Positions 10,501 to 18,616 of a stretch of 32,000 nt of DNA are shown here, piece by piece. This stretch comes from Candidatus Saccharimonadota bacterium (GTDB taxonomy: Bacteria > Patescibacteriota > Gracilibacteria > Absconditabacterales > Absconditicoccaceae). Made by a program: the position numbers and the translations under genes. The DNA lies in contig JAUIDC010000001.1 of assembly GCA_030429145.1 (NCBI GenBank), forward strand, positions 420,001 to 452,000, given 5' to 3'. The notes beneath the pieces were generated by a model. It was not told the DNA's origin, ran no database searches, and saw only the letters and a list, made by a program, of their open reading frames with translations. How positions within the stretch are numbered: the first letter of the stretch is position 1; each line of letters begins with the position of its first letter.

Positions 10501-12404
10501 AGTTTGGAGGTGGTTTGTTTGGTTTGAAGCGAGGTAGTATAGCTGGTGTTATGTCTTCATGGGATGTGGTGAAGAAAGGGATGAAGAACTACTTTGATGA
10601 GAAAGGGAAAAAGGAGAAATCAAAGGTTGAAAATGCGATGCTTAACTCATCGTGGTTTAAGTGATTGGAGAAGATGCCGATCTTAGGAAAGGGATTTGAG
10701 GACATTAGATGAGGTATAGAAAGCAAACTCGATAGTGAAAAGAAAAAAAGGATCAATGAGTATAAGGATGAGGTTGGAACGAAGAAAGACTCAAGTTCGT
10801 CAGGCGCGAGTAATTTTATCAAGAACATGCTTGAGGATGGAAAGACTGCTCGCAAGGAGCCTGAGAAGGCTGCAGGCTACTATTTGCACGCACTTGAGCA
10901 AGGAAATCCATACTTTAGAACACTGAAGGAGTTCGAAGGAACTGGTTGGTGGATAAAACAAATTCTTGGTGACGACTATCAGAAACAGTACTTAGCATAC
11001 ATCAAAACGGTTGAAGAGGATCTGAAGAAAAATCCAGATAGTAAGGAGCTTCAAAATGACTTTTCGATGGGAGAGCTCTGATTTATGCAGAAGGTGTTCA
11101 ACACAGGCTCAAAAAAGATGAAGACGCATTTGACGGATATGCTTGGTAACTGGTTCTTTACTGGTGGACTATGACAGGCGCAGTATGGTATGCGATATAA
11201 CTCTTCTAAGATAGAAGAGGTAGTGAAAAATGAATGAGCGAAGCCGTTCCATCAGCTCATGAAAGACTCACGAACGGGTCATTATGAGGCCTTTAGAGTC
11301 AATGACTATATGGGTATCTTGAAACTTCTTTCAGAGAAGGTAGGTAGCAATGAGGACTACTATTATCAGTGGGCGGGCTCTATGCTCCTGCCATTGCTCA
11401 ATGGCCAATATAGAAGCGATATGAGTGCTTCATATAAGTCCATCTATCAGCAGCTTGCTAGACAAAACGCCTTCCCATTTGCTGCATATATTACAGAAGG
11501 AAATGCGACAGAAAAGATAACAGACCTTATCGATATCTTTGCTGGTGGTTCGCTCTCGTCAGCCATGAAAGATGCCAAGAAGCCGATAGATCGTACGAAG
11601 GCATTTAAGAAATGGCGAGAGAATCCAAATGGACAAGCTCGCTCTGTTCTTGATGCGCTCCAAAATCCAAAGGAGCTCTTTGCGATGAAAGAGAAGCTGA
11701 AGAAAGAGTCAGCAGACCAAGAGAAACTCAATCAGTACAACATCCTTTCAGACTATATCAACAATAAGTTTAATGATGATGATCGTAGTGGTATCACTGA
11801 GCAGGTAGACGGAGAGTCTATCATCTACCAGAAGAATATCTTCTCTGCACCGACGGGTTTTGTGAAGGAGCAGATGTTGAACTTTAGTAACGGACAGTTT
11901 AGGGGAAGGTCTGAGAAAAATGGACCAGAACTTTGGTCTGCGCTTAAAACAAAGCTTAATGAGATCAATAGTTTGCCGGAAGATCAGATGACACCGGACT
12001 TCTTTGAGTTTATACTCAAGAGGTATTTTGCCATGTTTAGTCAAAAATACAATGGTACGGCAAAGAGAACATTCATCGGTACTTTAAAATACCCAGATCT
12101 ACCAGGAATATTCCAGCTTAACGTGAGAGGTGTCTTTGATAAAAAATGGTGAGGCGTAGACCTTCCGAGTGAGGTGGAAGATTCGTTAGTGATATTTGAG
12201 CAGATCTTCAAAAAGTTTTCGGGACTGATAAAACAGCATCCTGAAATGCTTGGTGACGTCTTTGATGATGCCAGAATGGTTGATTATTATAAAGAACTTA
12301 CTCCTCAAGAGATGGCTAAAAAAGCAGACAATATGAAAACGCTACAAAATAAAGTGAAGGAAGCGAGTGAGCTCTATGGCGATGAAGGTAGTCGGTACGA
12401 ATAA
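7509..12404 (+). CDS. Giant orphan protein (1631 aa), coiled-coil and charge-rich, with no recognisable domain, signal peptide or TM helix
   Basis: Seven track fragments (7722-8309, 8448-9020, 9078-9926, 9939-10451, 10827-11081, 11259-12152, 12174-12404) plus the 7509-7721 leader are all in frame 0. I read every junction and found only TGA (12 in total) until TAA 12402-12404. ATG 7509 has a GAGGGAG RBS. The product is Lys/Glu/Asp/Gln-rich, with a long heptad-like stretch at about 9330-9690. Confidence 0.8.
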
Positions 12405-12549
12405 CAATCTATAAATATCATATATTTTCTGTCACAAAAGGGGGCATTATTCGTATATCCGAGTGTGAAAAGGTAACTGATATTGCTGACAAATAGGAGA
12501 AAAGGTAGATAAATAAGCCATTTATGACCTCTTTTTGTGTATTGATTTG

Positions 12550-13824
12550 ATGAAACTTCGTGATTATTTTATCTCACAGAAAAAGCTTTCTATAGAGCCG
12601 GAGCGTAAGGTTTCGATCTATGAGAGCGTCATGCAGAAAACTCACGCTCCCGTGAGTATTTTTGCGAGGATGAGTTTTTATACGAAGGTTTCTCTCTATA
12701 CATTTGTTGGTTTGGTGTTCTTGGCATCACTCTATATCCCATATTTTTCTTCACTTGTTCGTCAGTCAGACGGAGTGATCACAACGACTCCTGGAGGTGT
12801 CGGAGTACAGGCAGACTATATAGCACAGATTATCGAAACGAAGGGAGACATAGATATCTACAATGAGGGACAAAAGGTGGAAAGTAAGCTCTTCCGCGCA
12901 GGAGATAGGATTGTTCTTTCCGAAGGGACAGAGATCGTCTTTCATATAACGACCATCGCACAGGCGAAAGTGATTGGACCTGCAGAGTTTCACATCGAGA
13001 AAAATGACGCTGGTTATACTATTCAGCTCGTGAGAGGACAATATGTGGAACTACAATCATTGAAAGATCAGCAGCAAGCTGAGCAGCAAAAGAAAGAGTC
13101 TGTCGCTTTACGCTCTTCACGTGTTTCTATAAAGGCAAAAGAGGGAGAAAATATACACTTTACCTATACGGAGGACGGAGAAAAAGCTATTATTGATAAT
13201 CAGTGAGATGGCTCGCTCGTAGTAGCAAAGGCTGATGATGAAACGACTCAGGAGGAGTTGGCACAACACTCTACTGCGGAGCTTGGTACAGGAACAGACA
13301 TTTTCGTGCAAACAGGAACAAGGATGACTCCATCTCAGGTTGCAAATGTGCTACGTAATGCCCCACAGGAACCAGAAGATACAAAGATTTTGATTTCAGG
13401 CGATCAGCACAATACTATCAAGGCTATCTTATCTGCAGAGTTTCTTGCAGCAGATGTCCAGAATGTGACAGAGGCGTATCTAAAGGGAGATGATCGTGCT
13501 TATGAGGTTGCATATCTTAACCTCTACAATAAGGTGAATCAAATCTATAACCTTATGGGTATAACGGTGCCAAACAAGATTTCAGATGCTCGCTATACGC
13601 ACTCGCTCAGTGTTGTTATCAGTATGATAGAGCATCTCTTGCAGCAGATGGACCAACACTTTTACGTGGCTCAGTCGCACCAGGCAAGATTGAAGAAACT
13701 CCTTGGATGGCTCTATGCTCTTCGCGAAGAAAACTATAGTAGTCAAGCTGGCTCAACATTGACAGGATCAGCTCTTGTCGGCACGCTCAATTTAGACGAC
13801 TATAAGGATCTTTTGGGCAATTAG
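12550..13824 (+). CDS. Bitopic membrane protein with a FecR-like (anti-sigma sensor-like) beta-rich domain (424 aa)
   Basis: Track ORFs 12535-13206 and 13258-13824 are in the same frame and are joined by TGA 13204-13206. The first ATG is at 12550. There is one TM helix (VSLYTFVGLVFLASLYIPYF). It is followed by GDRIVLSEGTEIVFHITTIAQAKVIGPAEFHI, which resembles FecR-domain strands. The stop is TAG 13822-13824. The family assignment is tentative. Confidence 0.65.
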
Positions 13825-13858
13825 TTTCGTAAAATAAAAAGAATAAAAGAGGAAAGGA

Positions 13859-13885
13859 GGATGTCTGTTATGGACATTCTTTTTT
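13859..13885 (+). terminator. Probable intrinsic terminator after the FecR-like gene
   Basis: GGATGTC-TGTTATG-GACATTC hairpin (one mismatch) followed by TTTTTT, 35 nt after the stop. Confidence 0.5.
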
Positions 13886-14064
13886 GTATATGTCAATTAT
13901 TTTATATAAAAATATGAAAACTGTGTGCCCATTAGACTTTCTTTTACAGAGAGGCGGGGGCTTTTTTGACAAAGCTGAAACGCAGAGATACAATAGGTTA
14001 AGAGTAAAAAGTAGCTCTTCTCAAAAACCTAAAAACAATTTATTAAACCTAAACAGAAAAAGCT

Positions 14065-14955
14065 ATGCAGTATATCACGCTGGAGCACATCGACCAGTAT
14101 ATCGCAGACAAAATAAAACAAAAAAAATATCTTTTCCGAAATATCTGTAAAGAGGTATTTCAGTTTGGAGCGGTATTTTTGTCTGTTTTCTTGCTTAGTA
14201 CGATCATCGTCAATGCAAACCTTTTCTATCATACGGTAAAAAATATCTTTACGCCAGTAAGTGCAGATAATACACCAGTTATCTCTGCTACTCTTTCACA
14301 AAGTGGTGATGAGAAGAGAGAGGCGCTTGCAGAGCAATCTCGCAATATCGAAGAGAAGGTACAACAGTCTGTGAGATCACAACCAGTGTTGCCTGACCAT
14401 AGAGAGACGATGAGTTACTATCTCTCTGCTAAGGCGAAAACGTATGCGTTTGAGTACAATACGCTGCCGCCGGAAAACAGATTGATCATCCCTGCTATCG
14501 GTGTAAACGCGCCTATCGTGGATGTTTCGGCGGCGACTGAAGAGAAACTAAGAAAAGGAGATTTTGACCAGGAGCTCTACAGCGGAGTGGTAAAATATCC
14601 ATCTACTCCAGAGCCAGGAAGCACAGGAAATGCTCTTATCTTTGGACATACAAGTTACTACCGATGGAAGAATAATCCATTTGCTGAGATCTTTTCAAAG
14701 CTTACTGCCTTGAAAGAAGGAGATCTTATCCAGACGCTTTGGCATGGGCAACTTGCTGAGTTTGAAGTGGTAGCAAAGATCGTTGTTAATCCAGGTCAGG
14801 TAGATGATGCCTATATGAAATATACAGACGGTAAATATATTACACTGATGGGATGTTACCCTATCGGATCAGATGCGAGAAGAATACTTATTGTCGCAAA
14901 AAAGAAAGAAACAACTTCACTCTCTACAACTAATTTATCTCTTGCTCAGAAATAG
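14065..14955 (+). CDS. Sortase-family transpeptidase, membrane anchored
   Basis: 296 codons with no internal TGA, ending in TAG 14953-14955. The N-terminal TM anchor is FQFGAVFLSVFLLSTIIV. The catalytic residues sit in typical contexts: LIFGHTSYY (His), ITLMGCYP (TLxTC-type Cys) and RRILIVAKK (Arg). Confidence 0.85.
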   Translation: MQYITLEHIDQYIADKIKQKKYLFRNICKEVFQFGAVFLSVFLLSTIIVNANLFYHTVKNIFTPVSADNTPVISATLSQSGDEKREALAEQSRNIEEKVQQSVRSQPVLPDHRETMSYYLSAKAKTYAFEYNTLPPENRLIIPAIGVNAPIVDVSAATEEKLRKGDFDQELYSGVVKYPSTPEPGSTGNALIFGHTSYYRWKNNPFAEIFSKLTALKEGDLIQTLWHGQLAEFEVVAKIVVNPGQVDDAYMKYTDGKYITLMGCYPIGSDARRILIVAKKKETTSLSTTNLSLAQK

Positions 14956-14961
14956 GTAACG

Positions 14962-16878
14962 ATGAAAAAGATACTAACATGCATGAGTTTGCTATGTGTG
15001 AGTGCTGTGGCATTGCTTCAGCCATCATTGGCGGATAATGACTCTTTGGAGAGACGCATCCAAGAGACTCTTTCTCGTTATGAGCAGATCAGATGAGTGG
15101 AAACCTATGTTGATGATAGTGATATGGCTGGTTTTGACACAAAACAGGCCATCAGAAAGATAAATGAGCTAGGTGGTGATGTTTCAGGGATTATTGCAGA
15201 GATAGAATCTGTACAGCAAGAAAAGAAAGAGAATGAGGGGAAGTATCAAGCGATGCTCAGACAGGTAAAAAAAGTGATTATTGATATCAATGAGACAAAG
15301 AAAACTGTTGGAGATGCAGTCATGAAGATGAATGTGTACAATAAAGAAATTGCAGAGACGCTTCGTAGTCTACAGGCTACTAGATCGTATATCATTGCTT
15401 CAAAGGAGTCGCTCAGTCAACTTGTGCAGCTTCTCTACCTCGTACAAAACGACTACTATATGGGAGGAGGAGAACAGATAGATGATATCAAACTTTTGCT
15501 TAAATCAGACAACATTAGTGAGACGCTTTCAACTGATGAGATCATGAACTCATTGATTACGCAGTTCGATACGCTTGTAGAAGATCTAACTGATCATCAG
15601 GAGACATACACAAAGAACTATCATGCGCTTATGGATTTAAGAGCTGACTATAAAAATACGGTGCTCGCTTATGAGGATAAGATCATGACGCTTGAGGAAC
15701 AAAAGGCATATCTCATGGACTTCTTGAGATTGTATAAGTCAAACAAAGCGGTACTGGACGCTCAGATGAATGATCTTTTCCAAACAAGATCGCAACTCAA
15801 AGAGAAGATTTCTACTGTTGTTCGCTCTATCCGTGACCACTCACACAATCAGGCCTTTCTCAACTCAGAGAACTATCAAACATTTAGCAAGCAATCAGAC
15901 ATTAGAGAGGAAAGAAGAAACTTCTTCCTTTGGCCCGTGCTGCCAGTCTCTCGTATAAAGAGCTACTTTGCAACAGGGACAACAGCAGATGAATTTGCTG
16001 GTATTACCATAGAAGCAAAGCAGTTTGATCCAATCTACGCGCCAGCTGATGCTATTGTCTACAAGGTGGCAGACCAAGATGGTATCGCTGTAAATCGGTT
16101 GATGTTGGCACACCGCGAAGGATATGTTACCGTGTTTACCAATATCAATAAAGCTCTTGTGAAAGAGGGTGATATCATCAAGCGTGGGCAAATCATTGGG
16201 CTCGTTGGTGGACAGGAAGGAACAAGAGGTGCAGGATTTGAGGCGAAATGAGAAGCTCTCTATATGCAGCTTTATGAAAATGGTATCCCTATTGACCCAC
16301 TCACAGAGTTCGACCTTAGTGTTATGAACAAAGATGTACTTTCGTCGACATATCGAGCAAAATATGAGTTTGATCTCTCAGAAAGAGACAAGCCTATTAA
16401 GATCTCAGATGTACCATTCATTACAGAAGGGAAAACTGCTCGTGATAGGTCAAAAGCATTCTTAGAGAAATATGCAGCAGGACCATATGCTGACATTGCT
16501 CTTTGGGAGCAGGCAGCAAAGGATACATACGTAGATCTCGATATGGGTATCTGTATCGGTCTGGCAGAAACATCGCTAGGAAGATACTTTGCCTCTTCGA
16601 ATAATATTGGTAACGTCGGAAATAACGACCGTGGTGATAGAGTTGATAAAGACTCTCCACTCGCTGGAGCAAAAGCTATCTACCAGACACTCAATAACTC
16701 ATTCCTCGGAGGATACCACACTATCTATGAACTCTCTGGGTATGGGAATAAAGAAGGAGCTATCTATGCATCTTCTCCATATAACTGGCAGAAAAATGTG
16801 AGTAGGTGTCTATCAAGCATTAAGTGATACATCGTCCCAGAGGACTACCCATTTAGACTCCACAAAGAGAATAAATAG
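14962..16878 (+). CDS. EnvC-like secreted protein: coiled coil, degenerate LytM/M23 domain, and a C-terminal lysozyme-like domain (638 aa)
   Basis: ATG 14962 lies 7 nt after the sortase stop. Fragments 15097-16251 and 16264-16827 are in the same frame, with TGA at 15094, 16249 and 16825, and the gene ends in TAG 16876-16878. The signal peptide is MKKILTCMSLLCVSAVALLQPSLA. The M23-like region (about 15925-16310) has the metal/catalytic His positions replaced: FAGITIEA in place of HxGID, and GEALYMQLYENG in place of GPHLHFE. The C-terminal motifs GLAETSLG and YASSPYNW hint at a lysozyme/transglycosylase-like fold (tentative). Confidence 0.75.
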
Positions 16879-16932
16879 ACCTTATATACAAAAGGAAATA
16901 AAGAAAAGTCGACCGTTTTTGGCCGGCTTTCC

Positions 16933-16960
16933 TTGTAATAAAGAGAAACGTGGTTATAGT
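16933..16960 (+). promoter_or_regulatory. Candidate promoter of the cupin gene
   Basis: TTGTAA (16933-16938), a 16-nt spacer, then TATAGT (16955-16960), 36 nt upstream of ATG 16996. Confidence 0.4.
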
Positions 16961-16995
16961 AGAAAGTAGTTTTATTTGTTAAATAATATATTGCC

Positions 16996-17388
16996 ATGCA
17001 ACAACCATTTCACGGTAATATGGAGCAATTGACGCTCGAGAACACTTTTTTTAGAAAGGTATTGTATACTGGGCCTCACTCTCAGCTTGTGGTAATGTGT
17101 TTGCAGCCAAATGAAGAGATTGGTATGGAAGTACACGACAAGGAAGATCAGTTTATCAGAGTAGAGAAAGGGACAGCAAAGGCTATTCTCGCTGGGCAAG
17201 AGTATGAGCTTGGTGCGGATATGGCGATCATCGTTCCTGCAGGCATGGAGCACAATGTGATCAACACGTCGGGAACTGATACTCTTCAGCTCTATACGAT
17301 CTACTCTCCAGCGCATCATCCGGAGAACACGATCCACAAGACAAAAGCTGAAGCTGACGCAGCAGAGGCTGAAGAACATGGTCACTAA
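16996..17388 (+). CDS. Cupin-domain protein
   Basis: 130 codons ending in TAA. It has a typical single-domain cupin layout (GMEVHDKEDQFIRVEKGTAKAIL ... IIVPAGMEHNVINTS) and an acidic, His-containing tail. Confidence 0.75.
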   Translation: MQQPFHGNMEQLTLENTFFRKVLYTGPHSQLVVMCLQPNEEIGMEVHDKEDQFIRVEKGTAKAILAGQEYELGADMAIIVPAGMEHNVINTSGTDTLQLYTIYSPAHHPENTIHKTKAEADAAEAEEHGH

Positions 17389-17403
17389 AAAATGACCAAA
17401 AAG

Positions 17404-17432
17404 AAAAGCGGCTCCAATCGGGTCGCTTTTTT
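17404..17432. terminator. Bidirectional intrinsic terminator between the cupin and SemiSWEET genes
   Basis: AAAAGCGGC-TCCAATCGG-GTCGCTTTT, a 9-bp stem with one G-U pair, with an A-run before it and a T-run after it. It lies between the convergent stops at 17388 and 17439. Confidence 0.7.
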
Positions 17433-17438
17433 GCATTG

Positions 17439-17699
17439 TTAAAGAAAGTAAGTGATAATGGATGCTAATGATGCAAAGATACCGACAGCATTGCATATCA
17501 TGAGCGGACGGTCTTTCCTTTGTTGAGCATAGATAGTCCAGAGAATACAGTTGAAGAATGTTGCAATAGGAAGAATGATGGATCCCTTGCTCCCTTGTAA
17601 GTTGAGCCTTGCTTGATCTAGATTAGACAAAAACATAATGATAGCCAGAACGGAACCAGTTCGCCCAATGATGCCAATTGTTTTCTTTGAGAGCTGCAT
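17439..17699 (-). CDS. SemiSWEET-like (single MtN3/PQ-loop repeat) small transporter
   Basis: 86 codons ending in TAA 17439-17441, with three hydrophobic helices. The size, topology and conserved Trp/Asn contexts (ILWTIYAQQ, ICNAVGIF) fit bacterial SemiSWEET sugar transporters. Confidence 0.6.
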   Translation of the reverse strand: MQLSKKTIGIIGRTGSVLAIIMFLSNLDQARLNLQGSKGSIILPIATFFNCILWTIYAQQRKDRPLMICNAVGIFASLASIITYFL

Positions 17700-17736
17700 G
17701 ATTATTGTGTAACCAAGTAAATATGACTGGATGTAG

Positions 17737-18288
17737 TTATTTTTTATAGAAAAACAATCTTTCTTTTCCTTTTTTATCTGTAACTATCTTGGTCGGTTGG
17801 CGGTTTAAAAAAGGAAAGGCATTGCATATTACTACCGTTTCTGGGTCAATGCGCTCAAATAGTCGTGGCTCAACTTTTTCCATGAAATCAGGTAGTAAAA
17901 ACAGGTAGACATAGTCGTATCATGTGAGATCTGCACGAAAAAGGTCATCATGTATCAGTGTTATATTCTTTTTTCATAAAATCTTATTTATAAACTTTCA
18001 CCGACGAATGGCGAAATTATTGATATCATATCCTACTGCTTTTTTACATCCATACTCCTTCTCAAATAGTCTGAGCATTGTTCCATCTCCACAGCCGAGA
18101 TCAAGTATCGTAGAACCTTTATGAACAGGAAGGTTCTTGCGAAAAAGGTATCTTTGTCGAGGATAGGTGTTGAGATAGGGTGGCAGTCCCTTTTTGCTTG
18201 CCTGAAAAGAATTTCGGAGATACGATCCGAGAAAAATGATAAAAACACTAAGGACGACGATGAGAATCATCGAAATAATGGCTGACAT
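17737..18288 (-). CDS. Membrane-anchored class I SAM-dependent methyltransferase (183 aa)
   Basis: Track ORF 17998-18288 continues through TGA 17998, 17974 and 17920 to TAA 17737-17739. It has an N-terminal TM helix and SAM motif I, ILDLGCGDG. Downstream it reads YDYVYLFLLP. Confidence 0.75.
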
Positions 18289-18360
18289 ACGAGATGTATA
18301 TTGATTTTTCTCTCAAGTTTAATAGAATGTTCAAACAGCAAAACGAGAGTATAAAATAGC

Positions 18361-18435
18361 GCCGCAGTAGCTCAGCTGGTAGGCGATTCCCCATTGCAAG
18401 GGTGAGCTCTAAGGGTTCAATCCCCGTCAGAATAT
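18361..18435 (+). pseudogene. Degenerate tRNA-like element, a decayed paralog of the adjacent tRNA-Thr
   Basis: The first 22 nt (GCCGCAGTAGCTCAGCTGGTAG) and the T-arm segment GGGTTCAATCCCCGTC are identical to the tRNA at 18448-18523. However, the 3' acceptor strand (CAGAATA) cannot pair with GCCGCAG. The D-stem partner is GGCG instead of GAGC. The anticodon stem has only 3 good pairs around the loop ATTGCAA, which would give anticodon UGC. Confidence 0.35.
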
Positions 18436-18447
18436 AGTAAGTAAGAT

Positions 18448-18523
18448 GCCGCAGTAGCTCAGCTGGTAGAGCGCACCCATGGTAAGGGTGAGGCCGCGGG
18501 TTCAATCCCCGTCTGTGGCTCCA
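18448..18523 (+). tRNA. tRNA-Thr (anticodon GGU), with encoded CCA
   Basis: The cloverleaf was folded by hand. Acceptor GCCGCAG/CTGTGGC (one G-U pair). D arm GCTC-AGCTGGTA-GAGC. Anticodon arm CACCC-ATGGTAA-GGGTG. T arm GCGGG-TTCAATC-CCCGT. Discriminator T followed by CCA. Confidence 0.9.
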
Positions 18524-18525
18524 TA

Positions 18526-18549
18526 TATCGCACTAAGCGGTATTTTTTT
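18526..18549 (+). terminator. Intrinsic terminator after tRNA-Thr
   Basis: TATCGC-ACTAA-GCGGTA hairpin (one G-U pair) followed by TTTTTTT. Confidence 0.55.
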
Positions 18550-18558
18550 AAACCTCTG

Positions 18559-18587
18559 TTGCAAAAGTGGCAGAAGATGAGTACAAA
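18559..18587 (+). promoter_or_regulatory. Candidate promoter of argS
   Basis: TTGCAA (18559-18564), a 17-nt spacer, then TACAAA (18582-18587), 30 nt upstream of ATG 18617. Confidence 0.4.
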
Positions 18588-18616
18588 CAAGGCATATTTA
18601 CTATAGATGGAAAGAA

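Noticed and set aside
13825-14064. The 240-nt AT-rich spacer before the sortase gene. It contains track ORF 13884-14150 and a G-rich stretch followed by a T-run (GAGAGGCGGGGGCTTTTTT, about 13950-13970) that looked like a terminator or small RNA.
   Set aside because: No complementary C-rich strand is present to form a stem. The ORF product is basic, low-complexity sequence that overlaps the sortase start. I could not support any structured element.
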